DNA from: an uncultured archaeon | GTDB taxonomy: Archaea; Altiarchaeota; Altiarchaeia; IMC4; SCGC-AAA252-I15 | DNA: 48,766 nt | Direction of reading: 5' to 3' | Assembly: GCA_902384455.1 (NCBI GenBank) | Contig: CABMCB010000039.1 | Coordinates: 1 to 48,766, forward strand | In this document: one piece after another, positions 8,511-17,460 of the stretch | Numbering within the stretch: the stretch's first letter is position 1 | Layout of the letters: every line of letters starts with the position of its first letter | Notes under the pieces: generated by a model | Databases searched by the model: none | Told to the model about the DNA's origin: nothing | The model's input: the letters and a program-made list of their open reading frames with translations, nothing else | Program-made: the position numbers and the translations under genes

Positions 8511-9500
8511 ATGGACGTAAAGAAACTTCTTTCAGAGAAAAAAGCGCCTGTGGAAGCAGTCATAGGCGAATACACAAGCAACCCAAATCCCAAAGTAAGG
8601 GAGATGCTCTCCCACCCCTTCAAAGCAGGCGGAAAAAGAGTCCGCCCAGCACTACTCCTACTATCCTGCGAAGCAGTAGGCGGAGACCCGCAAAAAGCCC
8701 TGCCAGCAGCCGCATCCGTCGAAATCCTGCACACATTCACCCTAGTCCACGACGACATAATGGACCACGACCTAACAAGAAGAGGCCAACAGACCGTCCA
8801 CGCCAGATGGGGCGAAGAAATGGGGATAGTCGTCGGCGACACACTATACAGCATAGCATTCAAGGCTCTGATGGACTGCCGCAAAAACGGCGTGCCAGAA
8901 AAAAACATCATAGAAGCATTCGAAGTATTCACGTGGGCCAGCATCAAACTGCATCAAGGCCAGATAATGGACATGCTCTTTGAGGAACGCCCCAACGTCA
9001 CAGTAGACGAATACCTCGACATGGTGGACAAAAAAACAGGCGCACTAATAGAAGCAAGCGTCCGAATCGGCTCGGCGATAGGCGGAGGAACAAAAGAACA
9101 GTCCGAAGCTCTCGGCATATTCGGAAGCAGGATAGGAACGGCATTCCAGATAAAAGACGACGTGCTGGGTCTCACGGCAGACGAGAGCGAACTCGGCAAA
9201 CCCGTGGGAAGCGACATACGCCGAGGCAAAAGAAACATCCTCATATCCCACGCATTAGCCCACGCCAAAGGAACACCACTTAGAACGCTCAAAGCAGCGC
9301 TCAAAAACGCCGACGCACCAGACGAGGAAATCAATGAGGCCATACAGATAATCAAGGACGCAGGAAGCTTCGCTTACGCCGAAAAACTGGAGAACAAACT
9401 ATACGAGGAGGCACTCGCCGCATTAAGGACGCTTCCGCCCTCATCGGCCAGAGACGGAATCGAGGCGATAGGAGACTTCATCATAAAAAGGAGCTATTAA
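8511..9500 (+). CDS. idsA: Geranylgeranyl diphosphate synthase (short-chain trans-prenyltransferase)
   Basis: GGKRVRP, FTLVHDDIMD (FARM with Phe at -5), RRG, GQIMD, KTGAL, FQIKDD, GKPVGSD. Start reassigned to ATG 8511, about 33 nt after TATAAA. Confidence 0.93.
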   Translation: MDVKKLLSEKKAPVEAVIGEYTSNPNPKVREMLSHPFKAGGKRVRPALLLLSCEAVGGDPQKALPAAASVEILHTFTLVHDDIMDHDLTRRGQQTVHARWGEEMGIVVGDTLYSIAFKALMDCRKNGVPEKNIIEAFEVFTWASIKLHQGQIMDMLFEERPNVTVDEYLDMVDKKTGALIEASVRIGSAIGGGTKEQSEALGIFGSRIGTAFQIKDDVLGLTADESELGKPVGSDIRRGKRNILISHALAHAKGTPLRTLKAALKNADAPDEEINEAIQIIKDAGSFAYAEKLENKLYEEALAALRTLPPSSARDGIEAIGDFIIKRSY

Positions 9501-9501
9501 G

Positions 9502-10497
9502 ATGACAATCGAAGAGCGCAAAAAAGACCACATACGAATCGCAGTCAAAAACGCGGTGGAAACAGGAAACCCCGGATTCGACAAACTCCGCCTCAAACAC
9601 AAAGTACTCCCGGAAGCAAACTACGACTCAGTCGACACATCCACCACATTCCTCAAACACAAACTCAAAGCTCCAATACTAATCTCCGGCATGACAGGAG
9701 GAACAAACGAAGCACGCCAAATAAACAAAGCCCTCGCCGCCGTAGCCCAAGAATACGGCATAGCATTCGGAGTAGGAAGCGAACGCGCAGCAATAGAAAA
9801 ACCAAAACTCGCACCCACATACCAAGTGCGCGACGTAGCCCCAGACATACTACTAATAGCAAACCTAGGCGCAGTACAACTCAACTACGGATACGGCACC
9901 AAAGAAATCCGCCAAGCAATAGAAATAATCCAGGCAGACGCCATAGCCCTACACGCAAACCCCATACAAGAATCAGTACAACCAGAAGGAGACAGAAACT
10001 TCAGCAACCTAACCGCAAAAATAAACGCCGCAGCCAAAGAACTCAAAGAACCCGTCCTATTCAAAGGTGTCGGCGAAGGCATAAGCAAAGAAGCAGCCCA
10101 AAAACTCAAAGTCGACGCATTCGACGTAGGCGGATGGGGCGGCACAAACTGGGGCCTAATCGAAGGATACCGCCAAGACGAAGCAACACTTGAACGCGGC
10201 CGCCTCTTCTCCAGTTGGGGCACAAGCACCGTGGACAGCATTTTGGCTGTGAGGGATTTGGGTGTGCCGGTAGTGGGAAGCGGAGGCGTCAGGACGGGTG
10301 TGGACGCGGCAAAGGCGTTGGCTTTGGGAGCTGATTTGGTGGGCTTAGCTCGCCCAATTCTTACCGCATATTTTTCCGGCGGGCAGAAGGAAGTTAAACT
10401 CTACATCAACCGGTTCATAGCGGAACTTAAGGTTTCGATGTTTTTGACTGGCGCAGAAAGCGTTAAAGGCCTTAGGGGCCGCGTTGATTTGGTTTGA
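9502..10497 (+). CDS. fni: Type 2 isopentenyl-diphosphate isomerase (FMN-dependent)
   Basis: RKKDH, MTGG, GVGSER, ANLGAVQL, NPIQESVQPEGDRNF, GGTNW, SGGVRTGVDAAKALALGA. Confidence 0.96.
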   Translation: MTIEERKKDHIRIAVKNAVETGNPGFDKLRLKHKVLPEANYDSVDTSTTFLKHKLKAPILISGMTGGTNEARQINKALAAVAQEYGIAFGVGSERAAIEKPKLAPTYQVRDVAPDILLIANLGAVQLNYGYGTKEIRQAIEIIQADAIALHANPIQESVQPEGDRNFSNLTAKINAAAKELKEPVLFKGVGEGISKEAAQKLKVDAFDVGGWGGTNWGLIEGYRQDEATLERGRLFSSWGTSTVDSILAVRDLGVPVVGSGGVRTGVDAAKALALGADLVGLARPILTAYFSGGQKEVKLYINRFIAELKVSMFLTGAESVKGLRGRVDLV

Positions 10498-10500
10498 TTT

Positions 10501-11280
10501 TTAGGTGCCTTGTTTCTTTTTCTTTCGTCTGAATCTTTCTTTTATTCTGCGTGTTTTGTCTTTGATTTCGTTGACGCGGTCTTTTTGTGCGAGTCCTATT
10601 AGTCGGGTGGCGTCTTGTATTGCTGGTTTGACTTTGAATTTGCTTTTTCCTGATATTCTGCGCATGTAGTGGACGCCCACTTCGGAGAGTTTTCCTTTGG
10701 CGTCGTATTTTATGCGTTCAAGAAGTTCCACTTGGATGCTGAAGTATTGGGTGCGGACTCCGGATATGACGGATTTTACTGTTTGGGCGCGGTAGGCTCT
10801 GAATCCTGAGGAGCAGTCTTTTACGTCTAGTCTGAGCATGGCTTTGGCGATGCGGTTGCCTATGCGGGTGGATATGAACCTTTCTTTCTGTAAGTCTACG
10901 TTGGATTCGGCAAGGAATCGGCTTCCGACCACTATGTCGCTTCCGGTTTCCTTAAGCGCCGTGATAAGCAGGGGAATCTCGGAGGGCATGTGGTTTTCCG
11001 CGTCCATAGTCACTATGACGTCGCCTCTTGCGCGGGCTATCCCCTCAAGCAGTGCGTTGGCGAATCCTTTGCCTGACTGGGTGAAGAAAATGAAATTAGG
11101 GTATTCTAAGCTGAATTTTTTAGCCAATGCTGCCGTTCCGTCAACGCTTTTGCCGTCTGCTATGATGACTTCTACGTCTTCTTTTAGTACTCCGTAAATG
11201 TCGGGCACGCGCTCTCTTAGGTTGGCTTCCTCGTTTAATGCGGGGATGACCACCGAAATCTTTGGTTTACTTCGAATCAT
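10501..11280 (-). CDS. GT2 glycosyltransferase, dolichyl/polyprenyl-phosphate glycosyltransferase-like
   Basis: ISVVIPALNE, DGKSVDGT, MDAE (DxD-like), VVGSRF, DCSSGFRAY, RISGKSK. Start moved to ATG 11280, just past the upstream stop. Confidence 0.88.
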   Translation of the reverse strand: MIRSKPKISVVIPALNEEANLRERVPDIYGVLKEDVEVIIADGKSVDGTAALAKKFSLEYPNFIFFTQSGKGFANALLEGIARARGDVIVTMDAENHMPSEIPLLITALKETGSDIVVGSRFLAESNVDLQKERFISTRIGNRIAKAMLRLDVKDCSSGFRAYRAQTVKSVISGVRTQYFSIQVELLERIKYDAKGKLSEVGVHYMRRISGKSKFKVKPAIQDATRLIGLAQKDRVNEIKDKTRRIKERFRRKKKKQGT

Positions 11281-11287
11281 TTTTTTT

Positions 11288-14200
11288 TTATGGGAAAGCT
11301 TCGTCTTCATCGTAGCCGTACCATGGTGCATGCTGGCCTTTTTTGGGGGGCGAACTTTCTTTTCGCCCCTTTAAGTCTTCTTTTTCCGGAAGGGGCAGCG
11401 TTGCGGTCGCGGTCTTCTGCGGTTGTTCCGCGGTTGAAAGGTTAGTATTTTGTTGTTGAGCGTAAATTTGCGCGGACGCCGGAGTTGTTTGCGGGATTAA
11501 GGCGGTGGTTGCCGCGGGCGCATTAAGCGTCGGTTGCTGGGTCTCTGGCGTAGGTTGAGGTGTCTGCTGCGCCATGGACTCCTCAATTTGGCGCACCAAA
11601 GCAATGTTCTCCGGTTGGGAAGTGAATTTAGGTGTTGTTTCAGACTGATTTTGTTGCGCTTTAATCTGTGCGGGGGCGTCGGAAGGCGCAATTCTGCCCT
11701 CCACGGACGTCTGTTGTTGAGGTGCGGTTGACGCGGGTTTATCCGGCAATGCCGCAGGCGCAGCATGGGAGTGATTCCACGTAACTACGATGGGCGGCTG
11801 CTGGACGATGAACGCCGGCTGTTCCATACTCTGAGGTTGAGGTTGCGCTGCCGCAGGCACTTGAGGTTGCTGTATCACCACAGGGGTTTTTACTGCAGAA
11901 ACCGGAGGCATCTGCTTAGGACTTTGAGTAGGCGCTGCAGGTTGAGGCGGCGCAGTTTTTACCGCCTGAGGCGGCCTACCTGCGTAAGATTGTGTCCTAC
12001 TCGGAGTTACAGTAACCTTCGGCAAACCCTCCTTATCGGATTCTATCGCGGCCTTAGTGTCCATCCTAAATTCTGTCGCAGCTTTTTCCGCGTCCCTCCT
12101 CTCAAGCTGCCTAAAGTGCTCAAGCACCCTGTGCGTAGAATCCTCGCCTCCGCTGAAAATCCGCGATAAGAAACCTTTCTTACGCGAAACAGACGCAATA
12201 GGAGACGCGGCCGCAGGTTGCGCTGCCGCAGATAAAGTGGGCTGTTTGGTTGGGGCTGGCATGGCAGACGTCGTAATCGGCGACCTTTTGGTTTTCTCCG
12301 GCAAAATCTGCTCAGGCGCAGCCGGCTTGGACTGCGGGGATAGAGAGGGAACGGACGGTTCGGATTTTTTCAGTGCGGCCTTGGGTTCTATAGCGGGGGC
12401 GGTGGGCTTAGTTGCTTGTTGTTTGGTTGGCGGTGCAATTAGGTTGACGGGCGGAAGGGGTGCGGTTGGCGTAGGTTTCTGTTTTCTGTGCGGAAGTATC
12501 CTCGAAAGGAAGCTCTTCTTCACGTATGGCGGCGCGGCTTCTGCCGCAGGCAAAGTGGGTTGCGGCGAAACAACAGGCGATGCGACAATAGGAACTGTTG
12601 CAGGAGGCTGCTTTTTCACTTCCTCAGGCGGCTTAGGTGGCTTTGCTGCCGGAGGATTAACAGCGAGTTCAGGAGTCCTAAAAGCAGGCTTCACAGACTC
12701 AGGAGGCTTATTAGCGGCCGCCGGTTGAGGCGTGGCAGAAACCGGCTGTTGGCGAGGTTTTAATGTTGCGGCTGCTTTTTCTATGCTGCTTTTTTTGCGG
12801 GGGAATATGCGAGACAGCAACCCCCTCTTTTTCTCTACTGCGGATGCAGGCAGAACGTCAGGTTGTTTCTGATTAGTCGGAGTATAAGCGGCGGGCGGCT
12901 GAGTTTTGACTTCAACGGGGAGTGAAGGCGCTTTAACTTGAGGAGCTGTCTGCGGCATTTGAGGCGCAACCTTAATTGGTTCAGGTTTCACTGCCGCCTG
13001 CGCAGGGGGCTTTCTGATGTTTACTGGCTGCGGCGACGCAGCAACGGCCGGCTTATGCGAAGCCGAAGAAGGAACAACCGCAGCAGGCAAATCATGAACC
13101 TCCACAGCAGAATGCGCCTCATGCTTGTCTGCTGGATGCTTAGTCCTCTTAATCTTAACTTTAACGCCCGCAGTCGCCTTCCTCAAATCCTCCTGCATCC
13201 TAACGGCCCGGTAATAACGGCGGGCTCGAGTCATCAAACTCTCGCCCAAAGGCAAATAACCCTCCTGAAGATGCTGAAGGCCCAGCGGCGCTCCTGCGCG
13301 GGAAAGACCGAAGTAGAACGCCCAAGGTTTTCCGATACGCCGTTCCCTGCTCATCCACGCCCTCATTATGGCGCTTGAGCCTGCACGCTCCCCTTCAACA
13401 GCATACACCGGAACTTCTTCGCCTACGCCGGCGCTGCCGAAACTGAAGCGATGCCAAATCTTGCGCGCTCTTTGCACAAGAAGGAAAAAGACTAAGAACA
13501 CTACTGCAACGATTGCCACTGCGATCATGATAATCTGCTTTTCGCTGGATTCGTTCCCCACGGGCGCGCGAGAAATGGATTTGTTATAAATTGTCTCTGC
13601 CTCAGCGGCCAAATCAGGCTCGGACAAGTTAAGGAACATGTCTCGCGCCTTCAATGAAGAGTCTGCGGCGGTGCGGAAATCCGTAGCGGTAAAGTAAAGC
13701 CGCGCCTCATCCAAATCCTTGGTGGCTTGGCTGAACCCTTGCGCCCTGCTCCTTAGGTTGTCCATTTGGGCGGCTTCTGAAGTCATGCCTAATGACCTAT
13801 AGCTTTCAGCAGCCTGGCCCGCATAGTCTGAGGCGTCGTCATATTCCGTGTCGTCAAACGCCTCTTTCGCCTTCTTGGCTGCGAATCCGGCATTCACGCG
13901 GTTAAGGGTTAATCCGGCTTCCTCTGCTTCGGCGGTGAAATTGGTGTCCCGGTACCCCTTCTCCACGTTCCTAAGCGTCTGTATCAGCCCGTCAGTGAGG
14001 TTGCCGTCTTTTATGTACTGCTTTGCGATCGAGTAGCTTGCTTCAATAGTGGACCTGCGGGCGATTCTGTCCAAGAACATCTGAACGTTGAACACTCCCT
14101 CAGTATCCTTGATTTTAGCGTACCTGTTAAGCGCTTCCCTCGCGTACATACTGGAGTTCTCTATGTCTCCCTCGCCCAGATAGAAGTCTGCCTCCATCAG

Positions 14201-15928
14201 GTAAGTGTCTCCTTCTATCTGTGTGAGCAGGTTTTGCGCCTTATCCACGTCCTCTACTCTGCCTATTGAGGCGTAAATGAAGCTGGCGTTCGAAAGCAAG
14301 TCCGAAGACAGGCGGTAATTGCCGCTAAGGTAGGCGGATCTGGCGTCAGCCATCATGCCGTCCGCCACAATCCGGTTCCTGAAATCCTGAATTAAATAAG
14401 ACCCCTTCCTGTAGTTCGCATCCTTGAACGTAGTCTCCGCATCATTAAGAAGGGCCGCAACGTCAGCAACCGTGCCATTCTCGTACAACCGCAAGGCCTT
14501 CATGTACGAAGAGAAGCCTCTGCGGCGCAAAACGGCCCACTGGTACTCAAAGACGTACAGTCCTCCGTCAGTAGAGGCGGTAACTATCTCCGCTGTTTCA
14601 TCGCCCTCAATGTCCGCAAACACCGGGTCAGATTTCCCCTGCCCCCCAAGGTCATAAGTCCAAAGAGTGTACGCCGTCGAATTAATAAGGTACAGGATGC
14701 CGTTGTCGTTGGTAAAAAGAATCTCCAGACTCCCGTCATGGTTGATGTCGGCCAAAGCCGGCGAAGTGCTGATAGGCCTGCTGGTAGTGTACCTGTAGCG
14801 AATCCCCCCGCTGGAAGCATTGATTATATACAGGCTTTTGTCTTTGCTGCCAACAATAACCTCCTCCCATCCGTCATTGTCAATGTCCGCCACGGCCGCA
14901 GAACCATATATTTCGCCCATGGAGACGTTCCATATTTGGCCCAGTCCGGTCATGGTTATGCTTTCTCTTCTGCAGCCTGTGGCGTCGCACACTCGCCTGT
15001 TGCCCGCCGACCCCAAGTCAGTTTTGTAGAGGGCAAATAGCCGGTCGTTCATAGAGCCGATATACACTATGTTGCCCGTCATCGCCGGCGTGGCGTGGAC
15101 GCCGCCCAGAATGTTGTACGACCAAATCCGGTAAGGCGGCGTGCTTAAGATGTACAGAAGAGTGTCCATGCCGCCGACAGTAATATCGTTCTTTCCGTCG
15201 TTGTCAAAATCTATCACAGCAGGAGACGACTCTATAGCATCCTGCGTCTGATACTTCCAAATCAGTTTGCCCAAATAATCGAACGCATACACGTAATGGT
15301 CCTCGCTCCCGATGACAATCTCATACTCCGGAGTCTCATCAAGATTTTGGATAAGCGGAGAAGAAACAATGTTCCCCCCAGTCTGATAAGACCACTCAAC
15401 AGAACCATTCCTACCGTCAATAGCATAAACCCTCCCATCCTCAGAACCAACAACCACAGTAGACCAACCAACGTCAGTAAAATTCCACACCGCAGGAGAA
15501 CTCCTAACGCGGCCTTGAGTCTGAGTCTTCCAAAGAAGGATGCCGTCGGAATCATAGGCGTAGACGAATCCGTCGTCGCATCCAACCACAACGTCAAGGG
15601 CTCCGTCACCGTTTAAGTCCACCACAGCAGGCGAAGAATAAACAGGTCCCCCCAGTTGCCTCCTCCATAATAGCGTATAGTTCCGCGGGTCAATGTCTGA
15701 AATCAAGGGCCTAAGGTATCCTGTCCTCCCGGCGTCATGACGGTACATGGGCCAAGAGGCGGTTAAAATTCTTTCATTAGTGTCGTTTTCACTAGTCTGA
15801 GCAGCGCAATTCAAAGACAAAGAAACGATTAGTGCGATTATTGAGGCAAAGGCTGCTTTATCGCGTAACCTACCATAAATCCGCCCTATTTGCCCCCTTC
15901 TCAAGAAGGGCTGCCGTAAAAGCTTCAT
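11288..15928 (-). CDS. Large single-pass membrane protein: signal peptide, PQQ-like/FG-GAP beta-propeller, TPR-like helical region, TM, long Pro/Ala/Gln-rich tail
   Basis: WPMYRHDAGRTG start; repeated SSPAVxDxNxDGxxEIVxGSxD; helical repeats; TM IIMIAVAIVAVVFLVFFLLV; about 600 aa of low-complexity C-terminus. Confidence 0.85.
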   Translation of the reverse strand: MKLLRQPFLRRGQIGRIYGRLRDKAAFASIIALIVSLSLNCAAQTSENDTNERILTASWPMYRHDAGRTGYLRPLISDIDPRNYTLLWRRQLGGPVYSSPAVVDLNGDGALDVVVGCDDGFVYAYDSDGILLWKTQTQGRVRSSPAVWNFTDVGWSTVVVGSEDGRVYAIDGRNGSVEWSYQTGGNIVSSPLIQNLDETPEYEIVIGSEDHYVYAFDYLGKLIWKYQTQDAIESSPAVIDFDNDGKNDITVGGMDTLLYILSTPPYRIWSYNILGGVHATPAMTGNIVYIGSMNDRLFALYKTDLGSAGNRRVCDATGCRRESITMTGLGQIWNVSMGEIYGSAAVADIDNDGWEEVIVGSKDKSLYIINASSGGIRYRYTTSRPISTSPALADINHDGSLEILFTNDNGILYLINSTAYTLWTYDLGGQGKSDPVFADIEGDETAEIVTASTDGGLYVFEYQWAVLRRRGFSSYMKALRLYENGTVADVAALLNDAETTFKDANYRKGSYLIQDFRNRIVADGMMADARSAYLSGNYRLSSDLLSNASFIYASIGRVEDVDKAQNLLTQIEGDTYLMEADFYLGEGDIENSSMYAREALNRYAKIKDTEGVFNVQMFLDRIARRSTIEASYSIAKQYIKDGNLTDGLIQTLRNVEKGYRDTNFTAEAEEAGLTLNRVNAGFAAKKAKEAFDDTEYDDASDYAGQAAESYRSLGMTSEAAQMDNLRSRAQGFSQATKDLDEARLYFTATDFRTAADSSLKARDMFLNLSEPDLAAEAETIYNKSISRAPVGNESSEKQIIMIAVAIVAVVFLVFFLLVQRARKIWHRFSFGSAGVGEEVPVYAVEGERAGSSAIMRAWMSRERRIGKPWAFYFGLSRAGAPLGLQHLQEGYLPLGESLMTRARRYYRAVRMQEDLRKATAGVKVKIKRTKHPADKHEAHSAVEVHDLPAAVVPSSASHKPAVAASPQPVNIRKPPAQAAVKPEPIKVAPQMPQTAPQVKAPSLPVEVKTQPPAAYTPTNQKQPDVLPASAVEKKRGLLSRIFPRKKSSIEKAAATLKPRQQPVSATPQPAAANKPPESVKPAFRTPELAVNPPAAKPPKPPEEVKKQPPATVPIVASPVVSPQPTLPAAEAAPPYVKKSFLSRILPHRKQKPTPTAPLPPVNLIAPPTKQQATKPTAPAIEPKAALKKSEPSVPSLSPQSKPAAPEQILPEKTKRSPITTSAMPAPTKQPTLSAAAQPAAASPIASVSRKKGFLSRIFSGGEDSTHRVLEHFRQLERRDAEKAATEFRMDTKAAIESDKEGLPKVTVTPSRTQSYAGRPPQAVKTAPPQPAAPTQSPKQMPPVSAVKTPVVIQQPQVPAAAQPQPQSMEQPAFIVQQPPIVVTWNHSHAAPAALPDKPASTAPQQQTSVEGRIAPSDAPAQIKAQQNQSETTPKFTSQPENIALVRQIEESMAQQTPQPTPETQQPTLNAPAATTALIPQTTPASAQIYAQQQNTNLSTAEQPQKTATATLPLPEKEDLKGRKESSPPKKGQHAPWYGYDEDEAFP

Positions 15929-15976
15929 CCTGTCCTTGTTAATTAAACCGCCAACCTATATTAGCATGAATCGGGC

Positions 15977-16945
15977 ATGTCAAGGGGGCTGAAGTTAACA
16001 CGCCAGCGAGGGCAAAGCAGTATTGAATTGCTCACCGCCATAGGCATGCTGATGCTTGTTTTTATTGCGGTGGGGCTTTACGCCGTGGAAAGAGACGCGC
16101 AAGGCACAGAAATAAAGACGTACATATCAACAACGTCAATATTAGAAAGCCTGCGCGACAACCTAAACACTCTACAAGCTGTGGGGGACGGATACTACCG
16201 CCACTTCACCCTCCCCGCGACAGTATACGGAAACGAAGAATACAACATCACGTCCGGCGGAAACGTGCTGGAAATAAACTGGGGAAACCGGCGCTCATGG
16301 TCAACAGTCACATCCGCGGACAACGCCAGCATACGCTGCCTAAACAAAGGCGGAGACTCCCAAAATCGGGCCGTCAACATCAAAGGGCGGATATACGTTG
16401 CCGGAGGCAGCGAAGACATGTTTTTGTCCGGGGAAACATTCAGCAACATGTCCAACGCGTCCTACGTTAAAGACTCCTCCTACATGGCTCAAAACGGCTC
16501 GTGGACGATAAAATCAGGAAGATTAGACGGCGACTTCCTTATTAACGGCCTAGGAACGGCGTCTTTTGGGATACCTCAGGAGGATTATACTCTTGAAGGG
16601 GACGTTTTGGTAATCAATTCTACCGGCGGATTCGCAGGTTTAATCGTCCGCAAATCCAACGACACGTACGTTAGCGTAGAATTGGATCCCCTAAACGGCA
16701 CAGTCAGCGTCTCATCTGTCGTAGACAACGTGTCTTCGAAAATAAGCTCAGTTCCTTATGCGCTCAACCTTAACCAATGGTACTTCGTCAGGGCGCAAGC
16801 ATACGCAGACGAATTAACCGTAAGCATAGACTGCCAGCAGATTATGGTTGAGTCAGTGCCGCAAACAAAAGGCAACATAGGCGTAACAGCGGCGATGGCG
16901 AACGCGGAATTCGACAACATACAGGAATGGGGGTACCGCCGATGA
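15977..16945 (+). CDS. Class III signal peptide pilin-like protein with C-terminal ConA/LamG-like domain
   Basis: RQRG|QSSIELL (Glu at +5) followed by a hydrophobic helix; C-terminal beta-sandwich motifs LNQWYxVRA, GNIGV, AEFDNI. Confidence 0.8.
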   Translation: MSRGLKLTRQRGQSSIELLTAIGMLMLVFIAVGLYAVERDAQGTEIKTYISTTSILESLRDNLNTLQAVGDGYYRHFTLPATVYGNEEYNITSGGNVLEINWGNRRSWSTVTSADNASIRCLNKGGDSQNRAVNIKGRIYVAGGSEDMFLSGETFSNMSNASYVKDSSYMAQNGSWTIKSGRLDGDFLINGLGTASFGIPQEDYTLEGDVLVINSTGGFAGLIVRKSNDTYVSVELDPLNGTVSVSSVVDNVSSKISSVPYALNLNQWYFVRAQAYADELTVSIDCQQIMVESVPQTKGNIGVTAAMANAEFDNIQEWGYRR

Positions 16946-17460
16946 GCTCCCGCGCAGGACAGATGTACGCGGGAGAATTCGTAATAAGCTACTTCATATT
17001 CATGATAGTACTATCCCTAGCATTCTACATGTGGGGAAACACCACCCAAGGCTTAATGGAGTCTGAAACATTCTACGCGATAGAAGACGCCGCAGTAGAA
17101 ACCGCCGAAACTTTGGTTAGAACGCCCGGAAACCCCTCCGACTGGAACGCGTCAACAGTAACATCCATTGGGTTGGCCGACGAAAGCCGGATACTCAACT
17201 CAAACAAGATAATGGCCATGGCCGCCCTCCTGAACAACTCAAACGGAAACTACGAGGCAAACCGCTACCTTCTGGGTGTGGGTCAATACGACATGTACGT
17301 TAACTTAACTTACCTGAACGGCTCTACTTTGCTGATAAACGGCGCGCAGGCCGTAGCCGGAAGTCCGCCTGTGAACTCTACTTATCAGCTTACTATAGTT
17401 AGGACTGCGATAGTAAACGATACTGTGGTCCGAATCATAGTTACTGCATGGCAAACTTGA
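16942..17460 (+). CDS. Minor pilin-like protein (class III signal peptide)
   Basis: ATGA overlap with the previous stop; RAG|QMYAGEF plus hydrophobic helix; LVRTPGNPSDW...IGLA motif of archaeal pilus-locus proteins. Confidence 0.8.
   Translation: MSSRAGQMYAGEFVISYFIFMIVLSLAFYMWGNTTQGLMESETFYAIEDAAVETAETLVRTPGNPSDWNASTVTSIGLADESRILNSNKIMAMAALLNNSNGNYEANRYLLGVGQYDMYVNLTYLNGSTLLINGAQAVAGSPPVNSTYQLTIVRTAIVNDTVVRIIVTAWQT

Noticed and set aside
15880-15928. RRGQ near the start of the 1546-aa protein as a class III pilin signal
   Set aside because: It is followed by charged residues (IGRIYGRLRDK) rather than an immediate hydrophobic helix with an acidic +5 residue; a Sec-type signal fits better.
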